Shown here: positions 62,910 through 64,000 of the stretch, one piece after another
Numbering within the stretch: the first letter of the stretch is position 1
Layout of the letters: the number at the start of each line of letters is the position of its first letter
DNA from: Malacoraja senta
Lineage: Eukaryota
NCBI GenBank assembly: GCA_038087875.1
Contig: CM075989.1
Location: forward strand, 5,332,001-5,396,000
Direction of reading: 5' to 3'
DNA length: 64,000 nucleotides
The notes under the pieces: generated by a model
What the model was told of the DNA's origin: nothing
Database searches by the model: none
Seen by the model: only the letters and a program-made list of their open reading frames with translations
Made by a program: the position numbers and the translations under genes

Positions 62910-64000
62910 TCTAGATGTGACATTCTCAATTTTCCGATCACCAACAGCCCCACCCACACCTTCCTCTCCCTTTGTCATGGCTATTGCTTTCCACTTGGCC
63001 AAAAGGCTAAAATAAAACTGCCACCAAATAAAAATTCTGAACAAAGTTTCTAAATTAAAACATACTCAATTCCTTTGAGCTGTTAACTCATTACATTTGG
63101 AGTAAAAGCTTCCTTCAGCGGTAGGTAGGTGTCCAGAATGAAATAGGCACAAAGGTGGACATCCACACGCCCAAATGAAGTCCTCCACACTTTCTCCTTG
63201 GCTGCTGAATTTGGACGAAGGAGGAGCTTCACTGCTTCTTCCTCAGCATTTATCAAACCTGGAGATAAACCCAGGTACGCCACTTGCCTCTGTACGCTAT
63301 CATTTACGGAATGGCGAAGGACAGAAGATTGAAGTTGTCTTAAGGGCACAAATTGACCAACATTCCCTGCTTGATGTTCTGGCTATGCTGTTGCTCATGC
63401 TGTCTGGATCGACAATTAGGAAACGGATTGTGTTGGCTGGTTTGGGAGACAAGTTTGGCAGAAGACTCCCGAGGTGCTCCGCGCAGTGGCAAAAATACTC
63501 CTGGGATGTGCTGCAGAGCTGAACGGCAGACGGGCCGCTGAGGACAAAGAGGGACATGGTGGGGGGGCATCAAGAACAAAGAGGGACCCGGTGCAGCCTG
63601 GTTCGTCGCTGCAAGAAGATAAGACTGTACTAAGAACTTCAGAATCTTTGTTGGCACCAGAGACTCTTTGTGTACTGCTGAGGTGAAGTCTGATATATGA
63701 TTTTACTGGACTGTCTGCAAAAATAACGAATTTCACTGTACATAGGTACATGTGGCAATAACGTTTCACAGAATCGCTGAGCCATTGAATCATCGAGCAG
63801 GAGTTCAATCACGTGTGGCTTTGCAGATGGAAGGGGTGGTGGGCTGATCATGAGATGTGAAGTGTCGAGGAGGACTGGGCAAGATGGAGCCACTTCCCTC
63901 AGCCCTGGCTCTTCTGCAATAAACTAGAGTTGCTGCCTTACAGCGCCAGAGTCTCGGGTTCGATCCTGACTACGGGTGCTGTCTATAGGGAGTTTGCACG

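Noticed and set aside
62220..63044. 274-aa and overlapping ORFs; possible ACAN exon 1 or promoter
   Set aside because: The ORFs come from high GC content inside a TSD-bounded hAT-type element plus a flanking CR1 tail; there is no protein similarity.
63060..63900. Repeat-poor stretch with ACAAT...ATTGT motifs as a possible cartilage enhancer (also 7560-7800 and 58100-58500)
   Set aside because: Short SOX-like words are expected by chance and the spacing is not the canonical dimer arrangement; it cannot be supported without conservation or chromatin data.

Overview
Eukaryotic (vertebrate) genomic DNA, very likely from a cartilaginous fish (skate/ray-type elasmobranch, inferred from abundant HE1-like V-SINEs and CR1/HER1-like LINEs). 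The window holds most of the aggrecan gene (ACAN) on the minus strand. I mapped 13 coding exons by hand with GT-AG boundaries and compatible phases: signal peptide (ATG at 52444), G1 Ig and link modules, interglobular domain, G2 link modules, KS-like region, a 2370-bp chondroitin-sulfate (CS) exon built on a 30-bp minisatellite, EGF1 and EGF2. The lectin/CRP/tail exons were not found and presumably lie beyond position 1; the non-coding first exon was not identified. Introns are dominated by repeats: HE1-like SINEs, CR1, Rex1/Babar, L1 and Tx1 fragments, Penelope-like elements with minimal hammerhead-ribozyme motifs, at least nine PIF/Harbinger-type MITEs, one hAT-type MITE and one non-autonomous Helitron. 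The main oddities are an apparent frameshift in exon 3, a seventh cysteine in EGF2, the homogenised (SGEPSGIPDI)n CS array, an enlarged IGD that keeps the aggrecanase site but not a recognisable MMP site, and many hairpin dimers of the ribozyme-bearing repeat. I found no convincing wholly new biological system. Repeat coordinates are approximate, and family names and mammalian comparisons come from recall, not from searches.
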